A DNA stretch of 45,564 nt from Patescibacteria group bacterium (GCA_038065395.1 JBBTRB010000007.1:1-45564), one strand, 5' to 3'. Positions 35,234 to 44,938 are shown, counted from the stretch's first letter. A program made the numbers and translations. The notes: generated by a model from the sequence alone, not told the origin.

Positions 35234-37351
35234 ATGCCCAACCCATCTCCTTTCAAAATAGCCACTACGTTGACCCCGGCAGGTGACCAGCCCAAGGCCA
35301 TCCAGACGCTCGTCGATGGTCTCAAAAAGGGCGATACGCGACAGACACTGCTAGGTGTTACCGGCTCGGGCAAGACATTTACCGCTGCCAACGTCATCGC
35401 CGCATATGGCAAGCCGACACTGGTGATCGCTCATAACAAGACACTTGCGGCACAACTGGCTCAGGAGTATCGAGAATTTTTCCCTAACAACGCCGTGCAC
35501 TACTTCGTCTCGTATTACGACTACTATCAGCCAGAGGCGTACGTGCCGTCTTCGGATACCTATATAGAGAAGGAGGCCATGATCAACGAAGAGATCGAAC
35601 GTCTCCGACACGCATCGACCCAGGCACTCCTGACCCGCAAGGATGTCATCATCGTAGCATCGGTATCGTGTATATATGGCTTGGGAAGTCCCGAAGAATA
35701 CGAGAAGGTCAATATGAAGGTCAGTGTCGGTATGGAGCTTTCGCGTGCAGAGCTCATCCGCAAACTGATCGATATACATTTCGAGCGCACGACTGCCGAC
35801 ATCAACCCTGGTCAGTTCCGTGCACTCGGCAATATGCTCGAAGTCATGCCGGTCAACGAGAAGACTGTCTATCGTATTGAATACAACGACACCAAAGTTG
35901 CGGACATTATCGAACTCGACCCCGTCAGTCGCGCAGTCAGAGCAACACATCGGTCAGTATTCATATTCCCGGCCAAACACTTCATCTCATCTGACGAACA
36001 AAGTGCTCGTGCGGTTGAGACCATAAAGGCTGAGCTCGAAGACCGACTCAAAGTATTGGAAAAGTCAGGCAAACTCCTCGAAGCCGAACGTCTCAAGCGT
36101 CGTGTCAAATACGACCTGTCGATGATCAAAGAGATAGGGTATACCAACGGCATCGAGAACTACTCGCGACATTTCTCCGGTAAGATGCCTGGAGAGGCTC
36201 CGGACTCCTTACTCGCATATTTCCCTCATAAGGCCGACGGTAGTCCGGATTTCCTGACGATCGTCGACGAGTCTCATGTCACCATCCCTCAGCTCAACGG
36301 TATGTATGCCGCCGACGCTTCGCGCAAAGAGACATTGGTTGAGTTCGGCTTCCGATTGCCTTCGGCCAAAGACAACCGACCTCTGAAGTTCGCCGAATTC
36401 CTGGAACGTATCGGACCGATGATATATACCTCGGCCACGCCAGGTAACTATGAACGTGAGACCAGCACCCAGGTCGCAGAGCAGGTCATCCGTCCAACAG
36501 GACTTGTCGATCCGCTCATAGAGATCCGACCGGTAGTGGAGAAAGTGAAGACAGGAATACGTCGTGAGAAAGACAGCGAGAGCGCAGATCCCCGCCTGCG
36601 CGGGGATGACGCCCACTACAAAGGCCAAGTCCACGACTTCATCGACGAGGCGCTCCTGACGATCAAGAAAGGCGACCGTGTATTGGCAACTACTCTGACC
36701 AAGAAGATGGCCGAAGATCTGTCAGAATTCCTCAAAGAAAAGGGGATCAAGACGAGCTATCTCCACTCTGATATCAAGACCATGGAGCGCATCACGATCC
36801 TGACGGATTTCCGTAAGGGTATCTATGACTGTATCGTCGGTGTGAACTTGCTCCGTGAAGGTCTCGACCTACCCGAAGTCTCGCTGATCGGCGTACTCGA
36901 TGCAGACAAAGAAGGCTTCCTCCGATCCGAGACCGCACTCATCCAGACGATCGGTCGTGCCGCGCGTAACTCCGAGGGCAAAGTCATCTTGTATGCAGAT
37001 ACGGTGACTGGCTCGATGCAACGTGCGATCGCCGAGACCAACCGTCGTCGAGATATACAGATCGCGCATAACACGAAACATGGCATTACTCCGAAGACCA
37101 TCAAGAAACTCATCCACGATATCACCGACCATCTCAAGAGCGACCATGAAAAGGCGGTCAGCGAACTAGTGAAGATCGACGAAGAACTTGCGCGTACCGA
37201 CCCCAAGAAACTCCTCAAGCAAAAAGAGGCAAGTATGGCCGAAGCTGTGCAAAACCTCGATTTCGAAACGGCAGCGCTTATCCGTGATGAGCTATTTGTG
37301 TTGCAGGAAAAGTTGGGGATTGGTGGGAAAGGTAAGAAAAAGAAGAATTAA
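35234..37351 (+). CDS. uvrB: Excinuclease ABC subunit B, with in-frame REP insertion
   Basis: GDQPKAI, GVTGSGKT, YYDYYQPEAY, DESH, NLLREGLD, QTIGRAARN, UVR domain. Confidence 0.98.
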   Translation: MPNPSPFKIATTLTPAGDQPKAIQTLVDGLKKGDTRQTLLGVTGSGKTFTAANVIAAYGKPTLVIAHNKTLAAQLAQEYREFFPNNAVHYFVSYYDYYQPEAYVPSSDTYIEKEAMINEEIERLRHASTQALLTRKDVIIVASVSCIYGLGSPEEYEKVNMKVSVGMELSRAELIRKLIDIHFERTTADINPGQFRALGNMLEVMPVNEKTVYRIEYNDTKVADIIELDPVSRAVRATHRSVFIFPAKHFISSDEQSARAVETIKAELEDRLKVLEKSGKLLEAERLKRRVKYDLSMIKEIGYTNGIENYSRHFSGKMPGEAPDSLLAYFPHKADGSPDFLTIVDESHVTIPQLNGMYAADASRKETLVEFGFRLPSAKDNRPLKFAEFLERIGPMIYTSATPGNYERETSTQVAEQVIRPTGLVDPLIEIRPVVEKVKTGIRREKDSESADPRLRGDDAHYKGQVHDFIDEALLTIKKGDRVLATTLTKKMAEDLSEFLKEKGIKTSYLHSDIKTMERITILTDFRKGIYDCIVGVNLLREGLDLPEVSLIGVLDADKEGFLRSETALIQTIGRAARNSEGKVILYADTVTGSMQRAIAETNRRRDIQIAHNTKHGITPKTIKKLIHDITDHLKSDHEKAVSELVKIDEELARTDPKKLLKQKEASMAEAVQNLDFETAALIRDELFVLQEKLGIGGKGKKKKN

Positions 37352-37363
37352 TATTTCATTTCC

Positions 37364-37412
37364 GTCATCCCCGTCCCTTCAGGCCAGGGACAGGCTCCGG
37401 CGGGGATCTGCG
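37364..37412. repeat. Expanded REP-like palindrome after uvrB
   Basis: GTCATCCCCGTCCCTTCAGGCCAGGGACAGGCTCCGGCGGGGATCTGCG. Confidence 0.85.
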
Positions 37413-37465
37413 CGTTAGTATGTAGTTCATTGTTGAATTGTGTTAGGTTTTGCTATACTTAACCC

Positions 37466-38287
37466 ATGAATCCAACTAAAAACGAGAAGATCCTTATTAT
37501 CGAAAGTGATATTACCTATGGTCAGGGTATTGCCGATGCTCTCAAGAAAGAAGGCTATGCAGTGACGCTGGTCAAGAATGGCACCGACGGTATAAAGAGT
37601 ATCATGGACACTATGCCGCACCTGATCCTACTCGATGTGGTGTTGCCAGGAACTGACGGCTACGAAGTCTTGGCTCAGAAACACGCCGAACCAGTCTTGG
37701 CACGTATCCCTGTATTTCTCATGTCAGCGCAAAACGTCCCGATCAATATGCAACGTGTACCACAGGGTAGTGTCCAGGAATTCCTGATGGCAATCGACGT
37801 AGACTCTGCCGGTGCAGTAGCCAAGGTCAACCGTCAGTTCGGACATGAGTCCATGGCTGTGCCCGAGTCGATCTCCGAGTCCATCAAGAACCCTGCAGCT
37901 GCTACCACTAGCAACAAAAAGAAGGTTCTCTGGGTCGAAGATGACAAACTCATCGGTACGATCCTGGCGCGCAAGCTGGTCTCCTCAGGACTTGACCTTT
38001 TTCATGCCAAGAACAGCGAAGAGGCGATGGTCGCTCTCAAACAAGTCATACCGGACATCATCGTCCTCGACCTCCTTCTCCCTGGAATGAGTGGCTTCGA
38101 CATCCTCCAACAGATCCGTATGGACCAAGGTCTCAAGAACATCCCGGTACTGATCCTCTCCAACCTCAGCAAACCCAGTGACATCGAAAAAGCCAAGATC
38201 CTCGGTGCCCAAAAGTTCCTCGTCAAAGCCGCTGCATCTCTCGATCAGATCGTCGCTGAGGTCAAAAGTATGACAGGGTCGGTGTAG
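37466..38287 (+). CDS. Response regulator with two receiver domains and no output domain
   Basis: LILLDVVLPGTDG and VEDD...IIVLDLLLPGMSG...FLVK. Confidence 0.88.
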   Translation: MNPTKNEKILIIESDITYGQGIADALKKEGYAVTLVKNGTDGIKSIMDTMPHLILLDVVLPGTDGYEVLAQKHAEPVLARIPVFLMSAQNVPINMQRVPQGSVQEFLMAIDVDSAGAVAKVNRQFGHESMAVPESISESIKNPAAATTSNKKKVLWVEDDKLIGTILARKLVSSGLDLFHAKNSEEAMVALKQVIPDIIVLDLLLPGMSGFDILQQIRMDQGLKNIPVLILSNLSKPSDIEKAKILGAQKFLVKAAASLDQIVAEVKSMTGSV

Positions 38288-38334
38288 TCTCTCGGATTGC
38301 TCTTCTCCCCAAAACGTGTTACTATCGCGCAATC

Positions 38335-40956
38335 ATGTCATCGACATCCTCATCTTCACGTTCGTCACGAACCAAAAAACCTCATGGGGAAGAAAAGATC
38401 GTAGTGAAAGGTGCACGTACCCACAACCTCAAGAACATCACCGTAGAGATGCCGCGCAATACCATGATCGCCGTCACCGGTCTGTCAGGGTCAGGCAAGT
38501 CGTCATTGGCATTCGATACTATTTTTGCGGAAGGTCAGCGTCGCTATGTCGAGTCGTTGTCAGCATATGCCCGGCAATTCTTGCACAAGATGCAGAAGCC
38601 GGATGTCGACGAGATCCAGGGTCTCTCACCAGCGATCGCGATCGACCAGAAGTCTCGCTCCAACAACCCTCGTTCAACCGTTGCGACCATCACCGAGATA
38701 TATGACTACGTACGTATCCTTTTTGCACGTGTCGGCAAGCCGCATTGTCTGGTTTGCAACCGTCCGATCCACCGTATTTCCAAAGAAGAGATCCTTGATA
38801 TTGTCCTCAAGACCATCACCACCCGCACCGACCGTGCCCAAAAAGTCTTCGGAGTGGACATCACCCAGGCCAAGATCGCTATCTACGCTCCCGTAGTAGT
38901 GGGACGCAAAGGCGAGTACTACCAGATGCTCTATGATTTCCTGAGCAAAGGCTACGAACGTGTCCGTATCGACGGAGTACCACACAAACTCCGCGACCAG
39001 ATCGTGCTCGAGAAGAACAAGAAGCATGACATCGACCTTCTGATCGACGAGATTTTCATTAGTGAATTCAAAGAAGGCAAACAGGCCGAGAATGCTCGCG
39101 AGCGTCTATCCGAATCTCTGGAGCGCGCTATCCAAGAAGCCGAGGGGCTCATCAAGATCGTGTATCCAGGTGAGACTGACAACGAACAACTGATGTCAGT
39201 GAAGTTCATGTGTCCGTATGACGGATTCTCATATCCAGAGATCGAGCCAAGACTTTTTTCATTCAACTCCCCATACGGTGCATGTCCGACCTGTAACGGT
39301 CTCGGTACCGAGAATATTTTCAGTGATGCTCCGTGTACTGCCTGCAAAGGTGCGCGTCTGCGTGAAGAAGCACTCCATGTATTCATCGGAGGCAAGAATA
39401 TCATCGAGACAGTGTCACTTTCGATAGAAAAAGCCGCGGAATACTTCAAGGATATAACTCTGACTGATGTCGAAAAAGAGATCGCACGAGTGGTTCTCAA
39501 GGAGATCGGTGCACGACTGTCGTTCATGATCGATGTCGGCATCGAATATATGACACTCGATCGTCGTGCCAACACACTCTCGGGTGGAGAGGCACAACGT
39601 ATACGTCTGGCTTCGCAGCTCGGGTCGGGTCTCGTCGGCGCGCTCTATGTACTCGACGAACCGACGATCGGTCTGCATCAACGTGACAATGACCGCCTGA
39701 TCAAGACTCTTCTCCATCTGCGAGATCTGGGCAATACGATCCTGGTCGTAGAACATGACGAAGACACGATGTTCGCGTCTGACTACATCGTCGACATCGG
39801 CCCAGGTGCGGGAGTGCATGGTGGCGAAGTTGTGGTATCGGGCTATCTTGACGAACTCCTGACCGCAAAAAAGAATACTTCTGGATCTCTGACGCTCGCC
39901 TATCTACGAGGAGAGAAGAAAGTCGACGTGCCGCGCAGTCGTCGTCAGTCCAAAGGCAAGATCATGATCCGTGGAGGCAATGTCTTCAATATCAAAAACA
40001 TGAATGTTGATATCCCACTCGGAGTGCTCAACGTCGTTACCGGAGTGTCAGGTTCGGGCAAGTCGTCTTTTATGTATGAGATCGTGCATCGCAACCTCGT
40101 TGCTCGATACGAAGCTCGCAAAAGTGTCCCCGAGAATATCAACTGTACTTCCTTCGAAGGTACCGAGTACAGCGGACGTGCCATCCTGATCGACCAAAGT
40201 CCGATCGGCCGTACACCACGTTCCAACCCGATGACATACACGGGCGCATGGACACATGTCCGTGATCTCTTTGCAGCTGAGCCAGAGTCGCGTGCGCGCG
40301 GATGGGGACCAGGAAGATTCTCCTTCAACCGTCCGGGTGGGCGATGTGAAGCCTGCGAAGGTAACGGCGAAATCGCGGTTGAGATGCATTTCCTACCGAC
40401 GGTCTATGTGCTCTGTGATGTCTGCAACGGCACACGGTTCATGAAAGAAACTCTCGAGATCCTGTATCGCAAAAAGAACATTCATCAAATATTGGAAATG
40501 ACGATCGAAGAAGCCACGGAATTCTTCCAGGATATACCAGCGGTTTCGGATCGTCTAGGTACGCTCTGCGAAGTCGGTCTCGGCTATATCAAACTCGGTC
40601 AGTCAGCGACGACACTCTCTGGTGGAGAAGCACAACGCGTCAAGATCGCCTCCGAACTCTATCGAGCTCATATCCAAAAGACGATCTATCTCCTCGACGA
40701 ACCAACAGTCGGTCTGCACTATGAAGACGTCAAGAAACTCATAGAGATCTTGCAAAGACTCGTCGACAAGGGCAACACGGTGATGGTGATCGAACACAAC
40801 CTCGATCTGATCAAATGTGCCGACTATGTCATCGACATCGGCCCTGAAGGTGGTGAACGTGGTGGCAAGGTGGTTGCAAAGGGAACTCCCGAGGATGTTG
40901 CTGCCAACACGGCTTCGTATACTGGCTCGTATCTCAAGAAGTTGCTGAAGAAATAG
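38335..40956 (+). CDS. uvrA: Excinuclease ABC subunit A
   Basis: Two GxSGSGKSS Walker A motifs, two LSGGEAQR, zinc fingers. Confidence 0.98.
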   Translation: MSSTSSSSRSSRTKKPHGEEKIVVKGARTHNLKNITVEMPRNTMIAVTGLSGSGKSSLAFDTIFAEGQRRYVESLSAYARQFLHKMQKPDVDEIQGLSPAIAIDQKSRSNNPRSTVATITEIYDYVRILFARVGKPHCLVCNRPIHRISKEEILDIVLKTITTRTDRAQKVFGVDITQAKIAIYAPVVVGRKGEYYQMLYDFLSKGYERVRIDGVPHKLRDQIVLEKNKKHDIDLLIDEIFISEFKEGKQAENARERLSESLERAIQEAEGLIKIVYPGETDNEQLMSVKFMCPYDGFSYPEIEPRLFSFNSPYGACPTCNGLGTENIFSDAPCTACKGARLREEALHVFIGGKNIIETVSLSIEKAAEYFKDITLTDVEKEIARVVLKEIGARLSFMIDVGIEYMTLDRRANTLSGGEAQRIRLASQLGSGLVGALYVLDEPTIGLHQRDNDRLIKTLLHLRDLGNTILVVEHDEDTMFASDYIVDIGPGAGVHGGEVVVSGYLDELLTAKKNTSGSLTLAYLRGEKKVDVPRSRRQSKGKIMIRGGNVFNIKNMNVDIPLGVLNVVTGVSGSGKSSFMYEIVHRNLVARYEARKSVPENINCTSFEGTEYSGRAILIDQSPIGRTPRSNPMTYTGAWTHVRDLFAAEPESRARGWGPGRFSFNRPGGRCEACEGNGEIAVEMHFLPTVYVLCDVCNGTRFMKETLEILYRKKNIHQILEMTIEEATEFFQDIPAVSDRLGTLCEVGLGYIKLGQSATTLSGGEAQRVKIASELYRAHIQKTIYLLDEPTVGLHYEDVKKLIEILQRLVDKGNTVMVIEHNLDLIKCADYVIDIGPEGGERGGKVVAKGTPEDVAANTASYTGSYLKKLLKK

Positions 40957-41009
40957 GGACAAGAAAAACCGATCACTGTAAAGCGATCGGGTGAGAGGCG
41001 AGAGAGGGT

Positions 41010-41249
41010 TCATTCTGAGAAGTTTCCGACCAAGAACCAGATGAACAGGAACACGGTGCTTCCTATGCATAGTGTCCCTAGTACAAAGACGGCGATCAGT
41101 GTGCCAGGCAAACCATATTGCCAGGCATGAATCTCGGTTTCTTTGGAGTTGCCCGGTACATAATCATCAGTGGCTACATGAGGAAGTATTGTGTTCGTGT
41201 CTGATGATGGACTCGGTGCCACACGGGGTGATGGTTTAGTCGTCATCAT
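41010..41249 (-). CDS. Small protein with C-terminal TM
   Basis: 79 aa; overlaps the upstream ORF; terminator hairpin at about 40964-40992. Confidence 0.5.
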   Translation of the reverse strand: MMTTKPSPRVAPSPSSDTNTILPHVATDDYVPGNSKETEIHAWQYGLPGTLIAVFVLGTLCIGSTVFLFIWFLVGNFSE

Positions 41250-41490
41250 AATGATTTATCTTTGAGGCAAAAGCCCGAGTGAGCAATACCCACGACAACC
41301 ACAGTGCAAGAAAGATTATCACTGACACTAACGTTTTCCAGAAGACCTCTGGTGCATTGAAGTATGCATACACCAGGAATCCTGTTACAGCAAACCCGAG
41401 CCATATCAAAGTCCCGTTGAGGATGCAGGTGAGGGCTTTCGGAGGAAGTACCAAGTCTTTTTCTTCAGGGCGAGGTTTCGGATGATTCAC
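41236..41490 (-). CDS. Small 2-TM protein
   Basis: 84 aa; SD AAGGA before GTG. Confidence 0.55.
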   Translation of the reverse strand: MNHPKPRPEEKDLVLPPKALTCILNGTLIWLGFAVTGFLVYAYFNAPEVFWKTLVSVIIFLALWLSWVLLTRAFASKINHYDDD

Positions 41491-41545
41491 GTCGATCCTT
41501 TTGTTAAGGTTGCAAACAGTCTGACTTTACAATACTCTTATTTCG

Positions 41546-42793
41546 ATGACCAGTCAAACACTGTCAAAACTCAAACTACCCGATACTCCAGGGGTATACG
41601 TCTTCCGAGATCGCAACAAACGACCTCTCTATATTGGGCGTGCAACTTCTCTGGCTGATCGAGTCAAAAGCTATTTTGCCGCTGATATCATCGTCACTCG
41701 TGGACCACGGATCGTCGATATGGTGACCAAGGCAGTCACCGTCACCTGGGAACCTACGGACTCTGTTCTCGAGGCGATCATCCTCGAGAGTAACCTGATC
41801 AAGAAATACCAGCCTCACTACAATGTCGATGAACGCGATGACAAGAGTTCACAATACGTGGTGATCACCGACGAGACATGGCCGCGCGTGTTCTTGGTGC
41901 GCGCACGTGACCTCGACACACAGCAGAAAGAGGGAACACTACCCTATACGATCCAGGCACTCTTCGGTCCATATCCCCATGGAGGTCTGATCAAAGAAGC
42001 TCTCAAGATCCTTCGCAAGATGTTTCCTTTCCGGGACAAAAAGTCCTTCGATGAACGACATAACTTGTTCTACCAGTCATTGGGACGTTCGCCACGTTCG
42101 GATGATACCGAGGCGCATACACGCTATCTCCGGACGATCCGCTATCTCATCCTTTTCTTCCAGGGCAAGAAACAGCTCATCAGGAAGCAGATCGAAAAAG
42201 AGATGAATGCGTATGCACGCAATCTAGAGTTCGAAGAGGCCTCTCGTCTCAAGAAGTTCCTCTATGCACTCGACCATATTCATGACATTGCACTGATCAA
42301 GAATACCAACGATCTTGCCATAGGTGACACTGCTCATGCGGGACATTTCCGTATCGAAGCCTATGACGTCGCGCATCTCTCGGGCATGGAGACGGTCGGG
42401 ACGATGGTGGTATCGGAAAATGGACACCTGACTCCTGCAGAGTATCGCAAGTTCAAGATGGCCAAGAATACGAACGATGACCTGCGTAACCTCGAGGAGA
42501 CCCTGGCGCGTCGGCTCAACCACAGCGAATGGACCTATCCAGATCTGATCGTGGTCGACGGCAACGCGATGCATGTCGAACGCGCCGAGAAGGTTCTCAA
42601 GGTCAGACGGATCAACATCCCTGTTGTTGGTGTTACCAAGAATGACAAACACGTGGCTGACTCTTTCGTCGGGCATCCAGATATTATCGCTCGGTACAAA
42701 GACCATATCGTGACACTGAACGCCGAGGCACACAGATACACTCTAGCTTATCATCGCAAACGCAGGTCTATGGTTCATATTCCACGAGAGTAA
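41546..42793 (+). CDS. uvrC: Short UvrC (GIY-YIG, UVR and RNase H-like domains; no HhH)
   Basis: LPDTPGVY, YIGRA, ILESNLIKKYQPHYN, RIEAYDVAH, PDLIVVDG, EAHRY. Confidence 0.9.
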   Translation: MTSQTLSKLKLPDTPGVYVFRDRNKRPLYIGRATSLADRVKSYFAADIIVTRGPRIVDMVTKAVTVTWEPTDSVLEAIILESNLIKKYQPHYNVDERDDKSSQYVVITDETWPRVFLVRARDLDTQQKEGTLPYTIQALFGPYPHGGLIKEALKILRKMFPFRDKKSFDERHNLFYQSLGRSPRSDDTEAHTRYLRTIRYLILFFQGKKQLIRKQIEKEMNAYARNLEFEEASRLKKFLYALDHIHDIALIKNTNDLAIGDTAHAGHFRIEAYDVAHLSGMETVGTMVVSENGHLTPAEYRKFKMAKNTNDDLRNLEETLARRLNHSEWTYPDLIVVDGNAMHVERAEKVLKVRRINIPVVGVTKNDKHVADSFVGHPDIIARYKDHIVTLNAEAHRYTLAYHRKRRSMVHIPRE

Positions 42794-42842
42794 GTATTTC
42801 TGTATCACATTTTCTTCCTAACAAAATTTCTCCTTCGAAGCC

Positions 42843-42936
42843 GCCCGTATCACATCATACTTTTTCTTCGAAGCCTTCGAGCGCTTCGCTGGCTACATCT
42901 ACGGCTTCTCAGAAAAGCGTATGGTGTGATATGGGC
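42843..42936. repeat. 94-bp palindromic element
   Basis: GCCCGTATCACATCATAC/GTATGGTGTGATATGGGC arms plus inner helices. Confidence 0.7.
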
Positions 42937-42979
42937 TATCAACTGAGGAATACTATTCTACAAATGATATACTATACCC

Positions 42980-43945
42980 ATGTTGAGTCATCATCTACGC
43001 GTAGGAGTTATCCGTGGCGGGCTGTCTGACTACGAAGCCTCGCTTCAGAGTGGCGCAGATATCCTCTCGTCACTGCGAGAACATCATGGAGACACCTATC
43101 ATCCTCACGACATCTTCATCGACCGAGAAGGGCAGTGGCATATGCAAGGCAGGGCAGTGCGTCCCGAACAGGCACTGTCGATGATCGACGTGGCCTTCAA
43201 CGCACTCCAGGGTACCTATGGCGAAGACGGCAAGGTGCAACATCTCCTCGAGATGCACGGCATACCTTTTACCGGTACTGGTGCGCTCGGTTCGGCTGTC
43301 GGCACACACAAAATCCTCAAGAAGGGTGTTTTGTCCTCTCATGGCATCGCCGTGCCTCGGCATCTCGAGATCCGAGCAGAGGATATCCAGGGAGACTCAT
43401 CCAAGGTCGCTCAAGACCTATTTCGTTCGTGGCATTTGCCACTGGTGCTCAAGCCACTACGCGACACTTCTGCACACAAAATGTCTTACATCCGTTCGTA
43501 CGGCGAACTCCCTGAGGCGCTCCTTGCAGTCAGTCAGCATGGCGATGTGCTTGTAGAAGAATATATTCCCGGTATCGAAGCTATCGGTCATGTCGTAGAA
43601 GGATTCCGTGGCCATGAGCTCTATGCCTTGCCTGCGGTTGAGATCCATATCACTCCGACTGGCGAACAGAGGGAAGTCGTCCCAGCAGGGTTCTCGCCTG
43701 AACTCAAAAAACAGGTCGAAGAGACTTCACGTCTGGTGCACCAGCTTCTGGGTCTCAAACACTACTCCCAGACCCGCATGATCATCCATCCTCGCCGCGG
43801 GATCTATGTTCTCGAAGCTCGCACCCTGCCGCATATCGCCAAAACTTCACTCTTCTCTCGGGCCCTCGAAAGTGTCGGTGCCTCGATCCATGAATTGGCT
43901 GGTCACGTCGTCTCACTTGCGAATAAAGCAAAAAACAGGGTATGA
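42980..43945 (+). CDS. D-Ala-D-Ala ligase-like protein, catalytic residues altered
   Basis: VGVIRGG..YEASL, GTYGEDG.VQ, IPFTG, VLVEEYIPG; see findings. Confidence 0.85.
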   Translation: MLSHHLRVGVIRGGLSDYEASLQSGADILSSLREHHGDTYHPHDIFIDREGQWHMQGRAVRPEQALSMIDVAFNALQGTYGEDGKVQHLLEMHGIPFTGTGALGSAVGTHKILKKGVLSSHGIAVPRHLEIRAEDIQGDSSKVAQDLFRSWHLPLVLKPLRDTSAHKMSYIRSYGELPEALLAVSQHGDVLVEEYIPGIEAIGHVVEGFRGHELYALPAVEIHITPTGEQREVVPAGFSPELKKQVEETSRLVHQLLGLKHYSQTRMIIHPRRGIYVLEARTLPHIAKTSLFSRALESVGASIHELAGHVVSLANKAKNRV

Positions 43946-43995
43946 TGTCGTCTGGGCAATATATTGTAAGTAGCACCTTGGTTGAATAGTATTTT

Positions 43996-44068
43996 GGGCC
44001 TGTAGCTCATCTGGTAGAGCGCCTCATTTGCAATGAGGAGGCACGCGGTTCGAGTCCGCGCAGGTCCA
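43996..44068 (+). tRNA. tRNA-Ala(TGC)
   Basis: GGGCCTG/CAGGTCC acceptor with G3:U70, TT-TGC-AA loop, GGTTCGAGTCC. Confidence 0.96.
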
Positions 44069-44081
44069 CAAACAAGGTTCT

Positions 44082-44369
44082 GTGTTATTATTAATTAATG
44101 AAAAAATACTAACCATTATCGTGCTCCTGGTAATTGTAGGTTCACTATATTACATCTTTTTTGTATTTAATTTTGCAGGATTTAAAAATGGAAAAATAAT
44201 AGTGAATAGAAACCTGTGTGAGGACAATTGTACTCAATCTGTAATCGATAAAAGCTGGGAAAAAATCTATTACGGTATTGAAAATATTGATGAGTGTAAT
44301 GCAGTCGGTGGAATTGTGATTCCAAGTTATGCATGGAGTATTCCATTTCGAGCTTGTGGAGTGAAATAA
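44082..44369 (+). CDS. AT-rich membrane-anchored 4-Cys small protein
   Basis: 95 aa with TM; start uncertain; follows tRNA-Ala. Confidence 0.55.
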   Translation: MLLLINEKILTIIVLLVIVGSLYYIFFVFNFAGFKNGKIIVNRNLCEDNCTQSVIDKSWEKIYYGIENIDECNAVGGIVIPSYAWSIPFRACGVK

Positions 44370-44470
44370 ATTATTTATCCTGTTTCAAAATCATCCTTAA
44401 ATACTCCACCTCTTTAATAAATTGGTTCAGAAATGTTAAACTAAAGTCCACCAAATAAGAAGTTTTCAAT

Positions 44471-44875
44471 ATGCTCAGCGAATTCAAACAATTCATCCTC
44501 AGAGGCAATGTCATCGATCTTGCAGTCGGTGTCGTGATCGGAGCTTCATTTGGTACCATCGTCACGGCTTTTGTATCTGATATCCTGATGCCGTTCATCG
44601 GAGCATTCGGCAAGGTGCCGGACTTTGCCATGCTGTCATTCGTGATCAACGGCAGCACATTCATGTACGGTCATTTCCTCAATACTCTGATCTCATTCCT
44701 CCTGGTAGCGACCGCAGTCTTCTTTGGGGTAGTAAAACCGATCAATATGCTCGTGGCACGTTCTCGTAAGGCACCACCGGCAGATCCGACTACCAAAAAG
44801 TGCCCAGAATGCCTCAGTGTTATTCCTTTAGACGCAAAACGCTGTGCACATTGTACCCAGGTCTTGTCCTCTTAG
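44471..44875 (+). CDS. mscL: Large-conductance mechanosensitive channel with C-terminal zinc ribbon
   Basis: EFKQFILRGNVIDLAVGVVIG; ends CPEC...CAHC. Confidence 0.95.
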   Translation: MLSEFKQFILRGNVIDLAVGVVIGASFGTIVTAFVSDILMPFIGAFGKVPDFAMLSFVINGSTFMYGHFLNTLISFLLVATAVFFGVVKPINMLVARSRKAPPADPTTKKCPECLSVIPLDAKRCAHCTQVLSS

Positions 44876-44938
44876 TCTGGTATGCATGGTAAAATACGTA
44901 TGTGGTCGGTTTATCAATATTAAGTCTGATACATACTT

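Noticed and set aside
41546-42793. uvrC as a pseudogene
   Set aside because: The frame is uninterrupted and both nuclease domains are present; loss of HhH alone is not evidence of decay.
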